In this document: positions 62,960 to 64,000 of the stretch, in pieces
Layout: each line of letters opens with the position of its first letter
Numbering within the stretch: the stretch's first letter is position 1
DNA from: Alicyclobacillus sp.
GTDB lineage: Bacteria; Bacillota; Bacilli; Alicyclobacillales; Alicyclobacillaceae
Reading direction: 5' to 3'
Length of the DNA: 64,000 nt
Assembly (NCBI RefSeq): GCF_023511815.1
Contig: NZ_JAIMAV010000002.1
Location: forward strand, 7,352 to 71,351
Program-made: the position numbers and the translations under genes
The notes under the pieces: generated by a model
Told to the model about the DNA's origin: nothing
What the model saw: only the letters and a program-made list of their open reading frames with translations
Database searches by the model: none

Positions 62960-63316
62960 TCACCTTACGGTGATGGTCCCGCGCAGGCCGGGTTCCGGTC
63001 TCCCGCCCGTATCCGAATAGTACGGAAACGATCCGCGTTTGTCGGGCGTGAACGTCGCGGTCGTGCGCTCGCCCGGCGCCAGGTTGGGGGTGAAGATGTA
63101 AAAGTCGGGGATCACCAGGTTGTGCGTCCGGGTCCCCGCGTTGACCACGGTCAGATGGACCGGTTGATTGTAGGTGGCCGTGATGCTGGACGGCTCAATG
63201 CCCGTGTCGCGCAGCGTCACCTGTACGCTGACCTGTGCCCGGGCCGTCGTCACGGCGCCGCACACGACCGTCGTCCACATCAGGCTGAGGCACACCGCCA
63301 TCGCCCTCGCGCCCAT
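62960..63316 (-). CDS. Secreted cupredoxin-fold protein apparently lacking type-1 copper ligands
   Basis: Signal peptide. VTLRD.GIEPSSITATYNQPVHLTVVNAGTRTHNLVIPDF...GTITV follows the cupredoxin_1 pattern, but the C-terminal Cys/His/Met positions read YYSDTGGRPEPGL. Confidence 0.7.
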   Translation of the reverse strand: MGARAMAVCLSLMWTTVVCGAVTTARAQVSVQVTLRDTGIEPSSITATYNQPVHLTVVNAGTRTHNLVIPDFYIFTPNLAPGERTTATFTPDKRGSFPYYSDTGGRPEPGLRGTITVR

Positions 63317-63409
63317 GGTTGGCCTCCTCGCGCATCCTGCCAGGTTTGACCCTGGAAGTTTTCCCCGCGGACCCCATCGGCATGTGACCGCACAAAGCCG
63401 ACCCGGTGA

Positions 63410-63910
63410 TCAGCCGAAGAGCTCCAGCGTCCCCCCGGCATCCTGCCACCACGCGGCGACGGCCCCCGCCAGGGCGCCGTGCAGGGCGCCGCCGGCGACA
63501 TCGGTCAGATGGTGCAGCCCGCAGTACACGCGGGAGATGCACAAAAGCACGGCGAGCCCCAGCAGAATCGGCCCATACACGGGCACGTGCACAAAGCTGA
63601 CCGCCAGGGCGAGCGCCCCGGTGGCATGGTTGCTGGGAAACGCCTGTCCACCCGCGTGGCCGACGAGCGGGGCGAACCCCGCCGTCTCGAAGGGGCGCGG
63701 GCGGTTCACCCAGCGCGAGATCGGTTCGTTGATGGCGCGAGCCACCACGGCCGCCACCACGCCGCCCACCCCGCAGGAGGCCGCCCTGGTCCCCGGTACG
63801 CCCGGCGGCCAACCGAAGGAGGCCAGCACCATGAGCGACAGCATCACCACGGGCGTCACCCGGGCCACCACCGCCATCGCCGCATTCAGGCCGGGATGGC
63901 GCCGCCACAC
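63410..63910 (-). CDS. PAP2 family phosphatase (undecaprenyl-diphosphatase BcrC-like); the 5' end may extend beyond the window
   Basis: RWVNRPRP (KxxxxxxRP), PSNH and SRVYCGLHHLTDV motifs. The frame stays open from the GTG at 63910 to the window edge at 64000. Confidence 0.85.
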   Translation of the reverse strand: MWRRHPGLNAAMAVVARVTPVVMLSLMVLASFGWPPGVPGTRAASCGVGGVVAAVVARAINEPISRWVNRPRPFETAGFAPLVGHAGGQAFPSNHATGALALAVSFVHVPVYGPILLGLAVLLCISRVYCGLHHLTDVAGGALHGALAGAVAAWWQDAGGTLELFG

Positions 63911-64000
63911 CTTGAGGAGGTGGAGGGTGACGGCGTGATCGATCCGCTCGGCCCACGCCCCCTCGGTGAAGGTGCGATCACGCCCCTCCCGGTCGGTCCG

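Overview
GC-rich (judged by eye, not computed) chromosomal segment with the gene content of a Bacillales-type Firmicute. About 60 tightly packed CDS, most with recognisable Bacillus subtilis yu*/ym*/ys* counterparts: yuiD-like PAP2, yunC-like DUF1805, IscA/HesB, speA, yusI-like ArsC, fadN-fadA-fadE (yusLKJ), yuiC-like 3D protein, ymfF/ymfH-like M16 peptidases, dat, hit, nfo. Other content covers cell-envelope functions (two SEDS proteins, MurT/GatD, SpoIID-like, GT2, DedA, PAP2) and CoA/fatty-acid metabolism (AcsA, IcmF with a TetR regulator, the beta-oxidation operon, a PaaI thioesterase), plus transporters. I saw no rRNA, tRNA, CRISPR array, transposase or integrase. Many very long ORFs in the supplied track are GC-driven shadow or antisense frames, or upstream run-ons, and were not called. 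Start codons were re-picked by hand from in-frame ATG/GTG/TTG preceded by GGAGG-like RBS. All product calls rest on remembered family motifs; no search was run. Two loci stand out. (1) A Bcp-type peroxiredoxin gene (7157-7633, minus) is interrupted by one in-frame TGA exactly at the peroxidatic Cys of the TPGC motif, which makes it a candidate selenoprotein. (2) A two-gene islet (51077-54762, minus) lies between housekeeping genes. It couples a beta-class DPPY DNA methyltransferase through an ATGA overlap to a ResIII-type helicase. That helicase has no recognisable endonuclease domain and ends in a Pro/Gly/Arg-rich low-complexity stretch plus a short unknown C-terminal domain. It is either a decayed Type III R-M or an unusual MTase-helicase system. 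Several short intergenic direct repeats, palindromic operator candidates and AT-rich promoter islands are also listed.
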